From IMG/VR virus record IMGVR_UViG_3300031088_000603: a DNA stretch of 64,000 nt. The stretch is one strand, 5' to 3'. Made by a program: the position numbers and the translations under genes. Of this stretch, positions 19,788 to 29,951 are shown piece after piece (the first letter of the stretch is position 1; every line of letters starts with the position of its first letter). The notes under the pieces are model-generated. The model was not told the DNA's origin and made no database searches. It worked only from the letters and a program-made list of their open reading frames with translations. Origin of the DNA: an uncultured virus (IMG/VR IMGVR_UViG_3300031088_000603). Lineage: Duplodnaviria > Heunggongvirae > Uroviricota > Caudoviricetes.

Positions 19788-20747
19788 CTAGTATGTCTCG
19801 CCGCTAGACATACGGATGTAGATGGTTGTTCCATCCGCTGCGGTGTATTCCCTCTGCTCATTTCCTTCATCGATCCAGACCGGCTTGTCGGAGTCTTCGG
19901 GGTAGATACGCTCGATGAATTCGTTTGCTGTGATACCTCTTGTTACCAGCGCGTTAATGGAATCACTTCGCCCTGCGCCGTCTAGCTCCTTGAGGGTGTC
20001 AAATACTCGGGCAGGGACACCGCTCACCTTAGCAAGATCCTCAGAAGAGAATCGGTACGTCTGCTTATGCCTCAGTACGTCGGGGATGTTCTGCTTCATT
20101 TCGTCAGCACTCATAACGTGCCACATTCGCCCTTGCGACTGGACTGTGAGTCCGTAGGTGTAGCTACCCAAAGGGTCTATCCTGAAGTCTGAGAAGTCGG
20201 GATCGCTGTTCAGGGCGGTGACTGCATCCACGAACTCCTTCTCAGTACCTTCAACAGCGAAGCTCTTGGCTACTTCATTGATGTCGGTGGACACCTTCTT
20301 GAAGAATGCTGCGGTCGGGTCATCCACCTCGTAACCAAAATCGATGTCATTCGTGTACGCCGTGTAGACGAATGCGTTTTCGGGTAGCTCATCGAGGTTG
20401 TTCTCTCGAAGGTAGCTCTGGACCGCCTGATCGTCATACTCAGAGACCTCACTAACCTCGAACATCATTCCGTCATTCATTACGCCGTATCCCGGCACGG
20501 ATACGATAAATCCGGTTCGCCCTTGTGACGTAAGCTCTGGCGGATTCTTGGTAATCTCCATACTGAGTCCGCGTCCCTTGTTGACGGGGGTGTCGAGCTT
20601 GTCGAGTTCATCCGCAAGCACGTTTTCTTCCTGCACCTGTGGCGGTCGAGAGGGGAGCTTTGCGGGATCGGGTAGCTTGGGCGGGTTACGGTGAACTGTT
20701 GTCTGCTTGCCGTTCTTATCGACAATCGGGGTGGGTATCTTCGTCAT
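19788..20747 (-). CDS. DKNG-leader protein, paralogue of 21761
   Basis: IVDKNGKQTTVHR plus Pro-rich linker; PELTSQGRTG..PGYG and REYTAADGT shared with 21761. Confidence 0.75.
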   Translation of the reverse strand: MTKIPTPIVDKNGKQTTVHRNPPKLPDPAKLPSRPPQVQEENVLADELDKLDTPVNKGRGLSMEITKNPPELTSQGRTGFIVSVPGYGVMNDGMMFEVSEVSEYDDQAVQSYLRENNLDELPENAFVYTAYTNDIDFGYEVDDPTAAFFKKVSTDINEVAKSFAVEGTEKEFVDAVTALNSDPDFSDFRIDPLGSYTYGLTVQSQGRMWHVMSADEMKQNIPDVLRHKQTYRFSSEDLAKVSGVPARVFDTLKELDGAGRSDSINALVTRGITANEFIERIYPEDSDKPVWIDEGNEQREYTAADGTTIYIRMSSGETY

Positions 20748-20880
20748 GGATGAGATCCTTTCTCACTCATCTTACTGCGTTCATGCGTCACTCATCTTGG
20801 GATGGACATGTTGCGGTCACTCCGATTCAGTGATAAAGTCTGTTTATCGAATGAATCGCTCATAACCAGCAGGAGAAATC

Positions 20881-21336
20881 ATGTCCGAATACACGCCTCG
20901 TCCGTTCCCCGTCACCAACAAGTGCGACCGTGAGTGCACGGTCATGAAGCACGAACACCTGAACGAGGGCGAGGTGTTCGTGATGCTGGGTGAGGAGTAC
21001 CTCGTCGTCAAGGTGAACCGTGTCAACCTCGTCGTCCTGAACCTCGGCACCAAGGTCGTCTACAACTACCACCGTGACGCGGGCGGAACCGCCATCCGCT
21101 ACGACCAGAAGGCTCTCAACGACTACCACCTCGGCAAGATGAAGAAGTTCGATGCCGTCGTACCCCAGACGGAGAAGTCCTTCAAGCTCGGTGACCCGGT
21201 GACCATCGTCGGCTCCAAGTACAAGGGCAAGACCGGACTCGTCTGCAAGGTCAACCCCAAGAACTACCACGTCGTGATCCGCAAGCTCGGGGTCGTGTCG
21301 TTCCACCCGAGCTTCATCGCTGCTGAGTCCGAGTAG
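20881..21336 (+). CDS. basic protein with C-terminal KOW/SH3-like motif
   Basis: FKLGDPVTIVGSKYKGKTGLVCKVN; SD AGGAG; strong codon bias. Confidence 0.7.
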   Translation: MSEYTPRPFPVTNKCDRECTVMKHEHLNEGEVFVMLGEEYLVVKVNRVNLVVLNLGTKVVYNYHRDAGGTAIRYDQKALNDYHLGKMKKFDAVVPQTEKSFKLGDPVTIVGSKYKGKTGLVCKVNPKNYHVVIRKLGVVSFHPSFIAAESE

Positions 21337-21457
21337 CGGCTACACAGACAAAGACCCCGACACGAATCGGGGTCTTTGTCGTTTCATCTAACCTCACAGT
21401 CCTCTGTGAGCGGATTGGTTCTATCTGACAGTTGTTGCCTGGTTGATAGGATTAAGA

Positions 21458-21781
21458 ATGACTTTCGCGTACGGTGTTTCCTTTCCTCATCCTTTCGAGC
21501 AGGTGGAGCTTGATGCTCGCGTTCCTAAGCTAGTTCGTCCATTTCGACATTCGGCGGTAGAGAGCGCTATCTCGTCTACCCCTGTTATCCCTTCGCCGTC
21601 ATACCCCTCACTTTCGAGGATTCAGCTTCTGCATGGTGGTGACGCGGTTGTTGTTCGCTCCACAGTGTCCGAGACCACTCAGCGTGTGCCCAGCCCAGAT
21701 GAATTGAAGGAGTTGAATCGCTTCGTTAGCGAACTCCGTTCAGCGCCTCGGGTTGCTCAGTTAGACCTCGCTGGGGCTTAG
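21458..21781 (+). CDS. hypothetical protein, probably leaderless
   Basis: TAGGAT -10 element 5 nt before ATG; weak similarity to 18866. Confidence 0.55.
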   Translation: MTFAYGVSFPHPFEQVELDARVPKLVRPFRHSAVESAISSTPVIPSPSYPSLSRIQLLHGGDAVVVRSTVSETTQRVPSPDELKELNRFVSELRSAPRVAQLDLAGA

Positions 21782-22639
21782 AACAACTCCGCCCATATGA
21801 GCGCCGATGGGTCGTACCGTGTAGACGGTTCCGTCCTCTGCCGTTAGCTCTCGGAATGCACCCTGGTCCATCCATGCACGGTCAGGGAACTTCTTCATCA
21901 GCTTGGTAGCGAATCTCTTCGGTCCACCAGTTGTCGCCTTCATGACTGCCCAGAGACCCTGTGGGATGTGCTTCAACGCCTTGGTGATTTTCGGAGAGAC
22001 ATCAAAGACCTCCGCCAGTAGCTCGGTATCGAATGTCGAAAGCATGTCTGAGTACTTATCGCCTGCCATTGCTACGAGGTTCTCACTGAGGTAGTAATCG
22101 TCCATCGCGATGTACTTCTGACCATCCTGGATGAATAGCACTCCATCCCAGTTGGTGCCGTCAAGGACAGTAAATCCGGCGTAGCTCTCGTCATGGTTCA
22201 TCGCACGGATGATGTCGCGCTGACGGTCGTCGTAGTAGCTGTGATGGGACTTGATGATGTCGTCGATACTCGTGGCGATGGTGCCATAGAGGCTCTTGTT
22301 AGCGGTGAAGTCCGTGTCAGCGAACACCTCGGTGGCGACGATGATTGTGTTGTCGGAATCAGCTTGGCGCTTGGTCTGGGTGGTGTTCATGTACCACGTA
22401 CCGTCATCCTCGGTGGCGGTCTCCAAGACGAAGTACATGGCTCCTAGATGGCTCAGTCTGGTCCCGTAATGGCTGTAGCCAGGCTGGGTGATTCGGATAC
22501 CACGCTTGCCGTTCTTGGTGAGTAGCTCGGGGTCGAACTCGACCTTGACATCAGCGCCATAGAGATACTCGTCTGTCGTGTAGGCGGCGAACATCGCATC
22601 AATGTGCTCATCACCGGGTACGGTCGTACTTGTCATCAT
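21761..22639 (-). CDS. hypothetical protein, paralogue of 19788 lacking the DKNG leader
   Basis: PELLTKNGKRG..PGYS, FDTELLAEV and RELTAEDGT; SD AAGGAG. Confidence 0.75.
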   Translation of the reverse strand: MMTSTTVPGDEHIDAMFAAYTTDEYLYGADVKVEFDPELLTKNGKRGIRITQPGYSHYGTRLSHLGAMYFVLETATEDDGTWYMNTTQTKRQADSDNTIIVATEVFADTDFTANKSLYGTIATSIDDIIKSHHSYYDDRQRDIIRAMNHDESYAGFTVLDGTNWDGVLFIQDGQKYIAMDDYYLSENLVAMAGDKYSDMLSTFDTELLAEVFDVSPKITKALKHIPQGLWAVMKATTGGPKRFATKLMKKFPDRAWMDQGAFRELTAEDGTVYTVRPIGAHMGGVVLSPSEV

Positions 22640-22873
22640 GTCTCCTTATCCGGTGGATGCTAACTCAGAAAGATGAGGCTGTCAATTATGAGCAACTGCC
22701 CTAAGTCATAAAAATCGGCTCATGTCTTATGACTTAGGTCGGCATCCTTATTGGCTTGATACCCCGAAAATGCTCGTGGTTGACCCTCTGACAGCCTTTT
22801 GCGCCCGTTCTGCCCATTCACTCATCAGCGCTTGGGTATGAAGCCCTAAGGCGTTAGAGGGGCGTACAGCGCT

Positions 22874-23209
22874 TTAGCTGCGGGTGACCCATTCGTGCCA
22901 GACCGGAGTCATGGCGAGGTTGAAGCGTGAGGCGAATGCTTCTAGCTGCTCCATGACGGCATCGCTGGGGTTCTCATCACGTTTAGGGTGCGATCCGTCA
23001 ATGAGATAGATGATTGCTTCGATGGTGAGGTCTCCACCAATAGCCACTTCGAGCAACGGATAATCTGCTTCAATGAGGTCTTCGAACTGGGTATCTTCGG
23101 CATAGTCTTTGAGCGTGGTCGTCCACACTTCACCCTGACCATAACCCCATTCGCTGAGGTCTCCCAGGGCGAATCCAAAACCGTCGTAAATATCGTTGCC
23201 GTAACCCAT
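22874..23209 (-). CDS. hypothetical protein, paralogue of 18866
   Basis: MGY..GFGFALG..VAIGGDL..WHEW; SD AAGGAG. Confidence 0.7.
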   Translation of the reverse strand: MGYGNDIYDGFGFALGDLSEWGYGQGEVWTTTLKDYAEDTQFEDLIEADYPLLEVAIGGDLTIEAIIYLIDGSHPKRDENPSDAVMEQLEAFASRFNLAMTPVWHEWVTRS

Positions 23210-23294
23210 GAGGTTCTCCTTTGTTAGGCGGCGACTATAGCTGATTACGGATGTCGTGTTGATGAAATGGTGCTAGCTGTGCTATGGTTGCCCT

Positions 23295-23376
23295 TGTTAG
23301 TCAAGTTGGTCACAATCATTAGGCGGTTGTGACTCGAAGCCCACCTTCATGAGCCGGAGGTGGGCTTCTTCCTTTT
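23295..23376 (+). ncRNA. candidate sRNA A
   Basis: TTGATG-N18-TATGGT promoter (23259-23288), hairpin GTCACAATC/GGTTGTGAC, then a terminator; no ORF. Confidence 0.45.
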
Positions 23377-23419
23377 AGCCCGGGTTGACATCAATCAGTA
23401 CTACATGATATGATTCAGC

Positions 23420-23511
23420 CCTGTCTTTCGAGACTGTTAGTTGGATTATTAGCAACACCTTACGTACTACGAATGCGTAAGTAGCCCGCCTCCTCCCAGA
23501 GGCGGGCTTTT
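23420..23511 (+). ncRNA. candidate sRNA B
   Basis: TTGACA-N18-TATGAT promoter (23385-23414), GTCT-TTCG-AGAC and CTTACGTA/TGCGTAAG hairpins, terminator 23483-23511. Confidence 0.5.
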
Positions 23512-23512
23512 C

Positions 23513-25453
23513 TCATCCTGTCGTGATGCTCTTACGGTATTCCTCAGCAACTGGCTTTTCTACGAAGTCGAAGACGTTCACCTTATGACGCTTCAAGACT
23601 TCGAGGACGGCGCTTGGTGAGGTGTAGAAGAACTCCTTGCGCTGGTTGATCTTGTTCACTCGATCCTTGGCGAATGCGTCATGCAGCAACCCTTCCAGAG
23701 CTACCGCGTCATCAGAGAAGACGATGGTGTGCACATCGAATCTGAATGGGACCGATGCGTCTCCCAGTTCGAGCACTCGCTCCATTGGGTCAAGCCTTCT
23801 GGTCATGCCTATCTTGACGACCCGTTCACCGAATGCGCCGATGTTGGAGATGACGTAGACGTAGCCTGCCCGGGTATTCGCTGCTCTAAAGTCAGTCTTC
23901 TTGATCTCGCTGCCAACTTCTTCGAGCTTGCCTTGTGCTTCTTCTACCTCGCGCTGCTTATCGATGATGGCTTGCATGTCCTGGTGTTCACGGCGGGCAT
24001 CAGCAAGCTCTTTCTCCAAGCGTCCGAGTACGTTTCGGTAGTGAGACTCTTCCTTGGCGAGTTTGTCCTTCTGGACCTTGATCTCGGCTTCGACCTTTGC
24101 CTGTTCACGGATGAGTTCTTTCCTTTCCCGCTCGGCATCTCGTTCTGCGTCCAGAGCCATCCGGTACTGCGCCGCGAGCTTGATTTCCTGCTCTCGCAAG
24201 GTGATGTACCTACTGGCTATCCGAAGGTCGAGCATCTTCCCAAAGGTCTGAATCTTGTCAGCAGTCGCACGAAGCTTCTTGATGGATGGTTCCGGGTTAC
24301 CCCTGGTGCTCTTAGTGAGGTTCATCGCCTCCGTGTTGAACATGTTCAGAGCGAGCTTCTCGATGGACCGGGTGAACTTCAATCCCTCTTCCGATGAGTT
24401 GTTGAAGACCATCGGCGTGCAAGTGGTCGCCTTCTTGTCCTTCACCACCTGCTTGATTTTCTCCTTCAGCGTTTCGAGCTTAGCTTTCAGAGCAACGGAG
24501 TTCTCAGCAGGGTGTTCATAGTCGATGAGACCGGATTCGACGTAGAGGGTTTTCTCGTCGAGAAGGGACTCGATACTGCGAAGTTTCAACTGCTTGCTCT
24601 TGATAGCCCTATCGACTTCATGCCATTCATGCACTCCCTCGATTGCTGCTACGAAATGGTTGAACTCACCCTCCTTGCGGACTATCTCACGGTCGAGGTC
24701 TTTTACTTGCCTGGTGAGACCTTGCACGTTGATGCGCATTTCGATGAAGGAACCGATTTCCGCTCCTTCGCGGAGGTATCTGTCGATGGAATCTTGACGG
24801 TGAGCTACTTCCGCACGGAGGTTCTCGATGTCATAGCTCAGCCCTAGACGCTCCTGTACGGCGTTCAAATCGGTACTAGCTGCTTCCAGTTCGTCCAGCA
24901 GCCTATTCGCCTGCTCTGCGATACCACGGAACTGCTCACTCTTGCTACGGAGCTTACCCGTCGTTAGGAACATCGGCACCATGAGTTCTCGGTCTCGGAG
25001 CGCTTGATGCTTCTTCGCCATCTTCACGGCGGTCCTGTCTGCGTCTTGTGCCAGTGCCAGATGAGCGGGGATGCCTTGTTCGATGACTGACTGCGGTATC
25101 TCGTCAACCGTGCGTGGTGCGTGTACCTCGGTAGCGATGACTTCACTCGTCATCTCATCAGCTTCAGCTTCAGCTTCGACTTCGGATGAGATGGTGCCCT
25201 CCGGTACAGACGGAATCCGTTCTGGCTCTTCCTGTACCGCGCTCTCCGGCTCTGTAAGGACTTCTGCGCCTTCTCGGGTGCTCACGTCCTCTTCGACGCG
25301 CTCAGGGGCGCTGACGGCTTCCACTTTGGTATCCACTAATGCCGGTGATGTCTGTTCAATGGGAGTGACATGGGATGTCCATGCGGTTCCATCCCACCAT
25401 CGTGCTTGGGTGGCATCGGTCGGGTCGGGATACCAGTTGGCGGAGGCGGACAT
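23513..25453 (-). CDS. DUF2510 + coiled-coil + DUF4041 + T5orf172 (GIY-YIG-like) domain protein
   Basis: ANWYPDP..RWWDGTAWT; RAGYVYVISNIGAFGERVVKIGMTRRLDP..ELGDASVPFRFDVH..RKEFF. Confidence 0.9.
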   Translation of the reverse strand: MSASANWYPDPTDATQARWWDGTAWTSHVTPIEQTSPALVDTKVEAVSAPERVEEDVSTREGAEVLTEPESAVQEEPERIPSVPEGTISSEVEAEAEADEMTSEVIATEVHAPRTVDEIPQSVIEQGIPAHLALAQDADRTAVKMAKKHQALRDRELMVPMFLTTGKLRSKSEQFRGIAEQANRLLDELEAASTDLNAVQERLGLSYDIENLRAEVAHRQDSIDRYLREGAEIGSFIEMRINVQGLTRQVKDLDREIVRKEGEFNHFVAAIEGVHEWHEVDRAIKSKQLKLRSIESLLDEKTLYVESGLIDYEHPAENSVALKAKLETLKEKIKQVVKDKKATTCTPMVFNNSSEEGLKFTRSIEKLALNMFNTEAMNLTKSTRGNPEPSIKKLRATADKIQTFGKMLDLRIASRYITLREQEIKLAAQYRMALDAERDAERERKELIREQAKVEAEIKVQKDKLAKEESHYRNVLGRLEKELADARREHQDMQAIIDKQREVEEAQGKLEEVGSEIKKTDFRAANTRAGYVYVISNIGAFGERVVKIGMTRRLDPMERVLELGDASVPFRFDVHTIVFSDDAVALEGLLHDAFAKDRVNKINQRKEFFYTSPSAVLEVLKRHKVNVFDFVEKPVAEEYRKSITTG

Positions 25454-25693
25454 AGCTATACCTGTCTGTAGGGTCATCCTCAGTATCCCGTACGAATACA
25501 ACCCATCAAGGCTTTACTTGCCTCTCTGCCGCAATTTGTCCCCTCCCTGACCCCTGACGTGACCAACGAAGCTATAAAGCTATAGTCCCCGCTCCACCTG
25601 CTCGTTCTCTTACTCCAAGCCCGCAGAACGGCGTACAGCGCTTCAGACAAAGAGGCGGGGTTACCCAGTTCCCTGAATAACCCCGCCTGTGTC

Positions 25694-26728
25694 TTACTTC
25701 TCCGGCTTCTCGTAGACCTTGCCGTCCGCCCACCGGAACCAGATGCCCTGGTCAAGGTTTCGCTGGGTGAGTAGTTCGCCGTTCTTTACCTTGTCGTCCT
25801 CGCTCATCGCATCCCAGACATCGTACAGCGGCTCGAACCCTTCGACTGTCTCCGCACCGTCAGGGAAGATAGTGTCCATCCACAGGAAGAAGTTCAGGTC
25901 GGTGACTTCCCATTCCTCGTCTGCGTACACCCGCTCAGGAACCGCGTCCTCTACCTTGTCCTCAGCGATGCGGTAGAGTTCCCCGTCAGACCAGCGGAAC
26001 CAGATACCCTCTGCCAGGTTCTTCTCCACCAGCGCTTCCGCCTTGGTCTTACGCTCCGTAGGAGTCAGAGCATCCCAGGCATTGTAACGCGGCTTCATGA
26101 TGCCTCCGGCGTTCACAACAGCTTCGGGATACACCACGCTGACCCAGAAGTCGTTCTCCACGTCTACCTTGTGGCTGACCGGGGGAAGGATGCCGCTCTC
26201 GCGTTGCTCTGTGATGTACTCTTCCATCTCCACCATGATGTTGTGAGCTTCAAGGCGGACACCGCTTTCAAACTCTTCCCACCGGTCGGCTTCTTCTTGA
26301 AGCGCTTTCTTGAACTGCGTGATGGGGTTGTTCCTCTCGGTCTGCTTGACCGAACGCACGGTACCGTCAGTCCAGATGTACCACCGCTCCACCTTGTTGT
26401 GGATGCTTCCATCCTCCCACCGGAACCAGACACCCTCCTGGATGTGGTTCTCGATGTACTCTGCCGTACCCGCAGCCTTCTCTTCCTCACTCATGGCATC
26501 CCAGACAGCTTCTTTGTCCTCGCTGCCATCGCCTTCTGCCAGTCCGCAGAAGTCAGCCCAGTAGTTCCACCTGGCATCCATCAGACCGTCGTCTGCCTCT
26601 GAGTCGTAGGACGCTTCGAGTTCTTCCATCATCTTTGCGATATCCCGCTCAGCCTGAGCCGCGTGCTCTTCCATCTCCGCCTTGTACTCGGCGTTGATAG
26701 CTTCCTGTTCCGGGGTGAGGTCCGACAT
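25694..26728 (-). CDS. acidic protein with three WDA..GxWFRWxDG repeats
   Basis: Three ~37-aa internal repeats; SD AAGGAG before MSDLT. Confidence 0.75.
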   Translation of the reverse strand: MSDLTPEQEAINAEYKAEMEEHAAQAERDIAKMMEELEASYDSEADDGLMDARWNYWADFCGLAEGDGSEDKEAVWDAMSEEEKAAGTAEYIENHIQEGVWFRWEDGSIHNKVERWYIWTDGTVRSVKQTERNNPITQFKKALQEEADRWEEFESGVRLEAHNIMVEMEEYITEQRESGILPPVSHKVDVENDFWVSVVYPEAVVNAGGIMKPRYNAWDALTPTERKTKAEALVEKNLAEGIWFRWSDGELYRIAEDKVEDAVPERVYADEEWEVTDLNFFLWMDTIFPDGAETVEGFEPLYDVWDAMSEDDKVKNGELLTQRNLDQGIWFRWADGKVYEKPEK

Positions 26729-27398
26729 GATGTCTCCTTGCAAGGCGGTGTACATGGGTGGGGTAGGTATCTCACTCTATATTGTTCTGTGTTAGAACGC
26801 AACTACCGCCCTGTGCGGCTCTGTACGGAATCAGCATTCTTCAGACAACCGGAAACCCCAGTGTGGGCAGAAGGGTCGTCATGTATCCATCAGCGCCCTA
26901 CGGGGATGGGAGTAAGACTTATGGAGCTTGTTCACTCGGTACGTGAGCGTATGGTCCTAATCGACATTCTTGTAATCCACATTGTTGATTACGTCATTCA
27001 CATTGTGGATTAGTGATTGGGGATTATGTGGGTGTGCAGGAGAGGAAGGGGTTGCTCGTTCACCCTGTGTGACAGGTGGGGTTCTTCTTGGGTACGCATC
27101 CTGTAGGCGTACGTGGTTGACAGAGGGTGTCTCTCAGGGAGGGGAGTTGTTGTCAAGTTGACAGGCTCGGAGAGCTTGGGTGTCTGAGGGATACAGTCTG
27201 GGCGCGGGGTGATTCTGGGGGAGGAAGAGGGTGCTGTTGCGGGGAGAGTTTAGGCGCGGGATTTTTGGGTGTTTGGGAGGGCTAGAGAGGGGTATTCGGG
27301 GTCTGGGGTCGGGAGGGTGTTCTAGCCATTTCCGTATTAACTATAACCAAGAGCTTTGCTCGATACGTGGCGGCGATTCTCAAGCCCAGATGGGGCGA

Positions 27399-27458
27399 AA
27401 ATACGCTTTGTAGAGATCCTACAAAGAAATGCACGATTGTTTGTAGGGTATCTACAAA
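27399..27458. repeat. double-palindrome site, copy 1 (2 x TTGTAG-N5-CTACAA, 33 bp apart)
   Basis: TTTGTAG AGATC CTACAAA and TTTGTAG GGTAT CTACAAA; inverted copy at 30941-30999. Confidence 0.8.
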
Positions 27459-27625
27459 CCTTGTCCTGACGTGAATCCAAGATAGCATTGGAGTGTTGGT
27501 CACACAAGGGGCTTGTTTGAATTTCTTCCGTCTTTTGGTAGAGCCTAGATGTGATAAGCCCCTTGATAGGATGTGGACAAGCATGTACTATCCGACCACA
27601 CTAACGAGATAGGGGCGGGTTGCTC

Positions 27626-28168
27626 ATGAGCGATATTGTTATCACTGACAAAAGAAGCGGTGCCGTGGATGGCACCGAAGAGGAGTTTGCAGACTATGCC
27701 GACTTGGACTTCGATGAGGAAGATGACCGACCGAAAGAGTCTGCACACAAGATTCTCGTAAGAGGTTCCCTTCGGAGCTTCTTGACTGAGGTCATCTCCT
27801 TCACCACCATTGGTTCCGTCATCGGACTGATTGCGCTCTTCAGCCCTGGTGGGTTTGGTGACAACACTTTCAATGCCGTGATGACGCTGGGAATCGCTGC
27901 CGGTATCGCTGTGCTTGCGACATTACTGGTTGGTTTGATCGGTGAAATGATCAATGGTCCTGCCGCTCTTGTTCACCTCGCATTTGCCGTGGTGCTATTT
28001 GTCTGCGGTGGAAATCCCGGGTTGGTTCTCGACCCTACCGATAATGTGGACGGCTGGTTGCTCTTCGGTAAGGTCGTATTCAGCGTGGTGGCGGTCATCG
28101 CTCTGACATCGTTGGTATCGGTGGCATACAACGCCATCATCAATAGGGCAACTCGCAACGTGAAGTAG
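27626..28168 (+). CDS. 4-TM membrane protein
   Basis: Acidic N-terminus followed by four hydrophobic helices. Confidence 0.7.
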   Translation: MSDIVITDKRSGAVDGTEEEFADYADLDFDEEDDRPKESAHKILVRGSLRSFLTEVISFTTIGSVIGLIALFSPGGFGDNTFNAVMTLGIAAGIAVLATLLVGLIGEMINGPAALVHLAFAVVLFVCGGNPGLVLDPTDNVDGWLLFGKVVFSVVAVIALTSLVSVAYNAIINRATRNVK

Positions 28169-28228
28169 CTTCTTCAATAGCAAACGCCCCTGTGTTGATT
28201 CACAGGGGCGTTTGCCTTTGTCACGGGT

Positions 28229-29098
28229 TTAGCGTTCGATACCGGTTCGTGCTTCAACGTAGTCACAGATAAACGTGTCGAGAGCAATGAGCCTACGGTC
28301 GTTATCCCAGTCGAGCACCCCTTCTTCTAAGCAGAAGTCGTAGCCTTCTGCTGTCTCGTTGCTGACAAATGCTTCCTTGTCGTAAGCATCAGGGCGGTAT
28401 TCGTTCGGTAGGGAATCATAATACTCAATGATCTTTTTGCCGCTGAACTTGTTGTTGGTATCGATAAGAGTAACAGCCACTTCACTGGATACGTTGCCCT
28501 CGGTGAGTGCGATGAGGTCTTTGTCGCCGTCTTCCTTGTCTAGACCGAGGATCTCTTTGAGAGTGTCGTTGTTATCGACAGCCGTGATGAGCGCCTTCCG
28601 TCCGGGCATGAAAACATCTATCGGGTCTGGATGGTCTTCGATGGAGTACACGTACGCTTTCAATGCGCCAGGTAGATTGGAGGATAGACCAAGCTCGTCA
28701 TTGACAGCATCCTGAACTCTCTGCACACTCAATCGACCGCCGTCTTGCGTAATGACGGTTTTGCTGATGATTTCACTTTTCCCGGAGTCGAAGTCGAACA
28801 GACCACCAAGCTCCTGGTTGAGGGTATAAAGCTTGTGTCCACCCTCGCGCACCCATTTCTTGAGGTCATAGCCCTCGCTACTGAGTCGGAATTCAACAAC
28901 GTTTCCGCGTTTGACATCGCCTGTCTCGACGCGCTTGCGTAGTTCTTCTTGTGCTGCTGTGCTGCTCGGTGTTGATGCGGCAAACCTGCTGATGTTGAGG
29001 CGCTGACGTGCCTTGGCGGTGAGTTCATCTTCACGCACCATTCTGGTGTACTGGTTGCCGTTTACGTCAACACCGATTTTTGTTGTGAGGTTGGACAT
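28229..29098 (-). CDS. DKNG-variant leader protein, tandem paralogue of 29135
   Basis: IGVDVNGNQYTRM; GNVVEFRLSSEGYDLKKW shared with 29135. Confidence 0.75.
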   Translation of the reverse strand: MSNLTTKIGVDVNGNQYTRMVREDELTAKARQRLNISRFAASTPSSTAAQEELRKRVETGDVKRGNVVEFRLSSEGYDLKKWVREGGHKLYTLNQELGGLFDFDSGKSEIISKTVITQDGGRLSVQRVQDAVNDELGLSSNLPGALKAYVYSIEDHPDPIDVFMPGRKALITAVDNNDTLKEILGLDKEDGDKDLIALTEGNVSSEVAVTLIDTNNKFSGKKIIEYYDSLPNEYRPDAYDKEAFVSNETAEGYDFCLEEGVLDWDNDRRLIALDTFICDYVEARTGIER

Positions 29099-29134
29099 GT
29101 GGAGCCTTTCGTAGTTGGTGTTCTGGGTTGGGTG

Positions 29135-29902
29135 TTAGAGAGATTCGCTGTATACGCGACCGTAATCGACAACGAATTTCTTTATTGCGAGTTCCTTGAA
29201 GAAGGGGGTAGGAGCACCACGCGGGACTGTTGATTGGTACTCGTAGGGAAGCTGCTCGAAAGCCTTGTTGAATTCGGTGCGATTTTCCTCGGTTGAATTG
29301 AGGAGATTGTTTCGGTAATTGCCGGTCGGGTCATGTTGGAACAGCTTCGTTTGACCTTCATCGGTGTCAGCGCCAATGAAGTGAGCAAGCGCGGTGTGGT
29401 TTTCGACATGTTCGAGGATTTCGTGGTCAGCCATAACGAAATTGTCGTCACCGGGTTTGATAGGCTCGATGTTGGTAACTGCAACGTCGAAGTAATCCTC
29501 GGGGTCGGTGATACCGAATGCGCTTTCAAAGCGCTCCTTGACATCCTCAACGTCACCAAAGTCATCATTGAGCGACTGAGGAATACGCCATACGATCTCG
29601 TTGGTAGAGTCATTAAAATCCACCGCGCCTCCCAGTTCACGACTGAGTTCTTGAAGGCTTAGTCCCGTTGCCCACTTGCGGAAGTCGTAAGTCTCACTAC
29701 TGAAGGACAGTTCGACAACCTCGCCCTTGTAGACCTCGCCACGCTCCAAACGGTTGAGGAAAGTGTTGGTGTTGATGTCCTTCTTGACATAGCCATCGAG
29801 CGACAGGATGCTGCGCTTGGTCTCCAGCGCGTCAGGACTTATCATCCTGGTGTATCGTCTGCCGTTCTTGTCGATGCCTGTCTTGGGTACGAGGTTCGTC
29901 AT
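29135..29902 (-). CDS. DKNG-leader protein
   Basis: TGIDKNGRRYTRM; GEVVELSFSSETYDFRKW. Confidence 0.75.
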   Translation of the reverse strand: MTNLVPKTGIDKNGRRYTRMISPDALETKRSILSLDGYVKKDINTNTFLNRLERGEVYKGEVVELSFSSETYDFRKWATGLSLQELSRELGGAVDFNDSTNEIVWRIPQSLNDDFGDVEDVKERFESAFGITDPEDYFDVAVTNIEPIKPGDDNFVMADHEILEHVENHTALAHFIGADTDEGQTKLFQHDPTGNYRNNLLNSTEENRTEFNKAFEQLPYEYQSTVPRGAPTPFFKELAIKKFVVDYGRVYSESL

Positions 29903-29951
29903 TGGTATGCCTTCCGTTACTCAATGGTACCGCACACCACAGATATAGGCT

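Noticed and set aside
22490..22530. Internal LTKNGKRG in ORF 21761 as a DKNG motif
   Set aside because: It is internal and aligns with LTSQGRTG in the body of paralogue 19788.
22698..22740. Inverted repeat CCTAAGTCATAA / TTATGACTTAGG
   Set aside because: Single occurrence between co-oriented genes; cannot be distinguished from an ordinary terminator or operator.
27626..27680. MSDIVITDKRSG as a twelfth DKNG leader
   Set aside because: It lacks the NG turn and TTVH strand, and the protein is a polytopic membrane protein.
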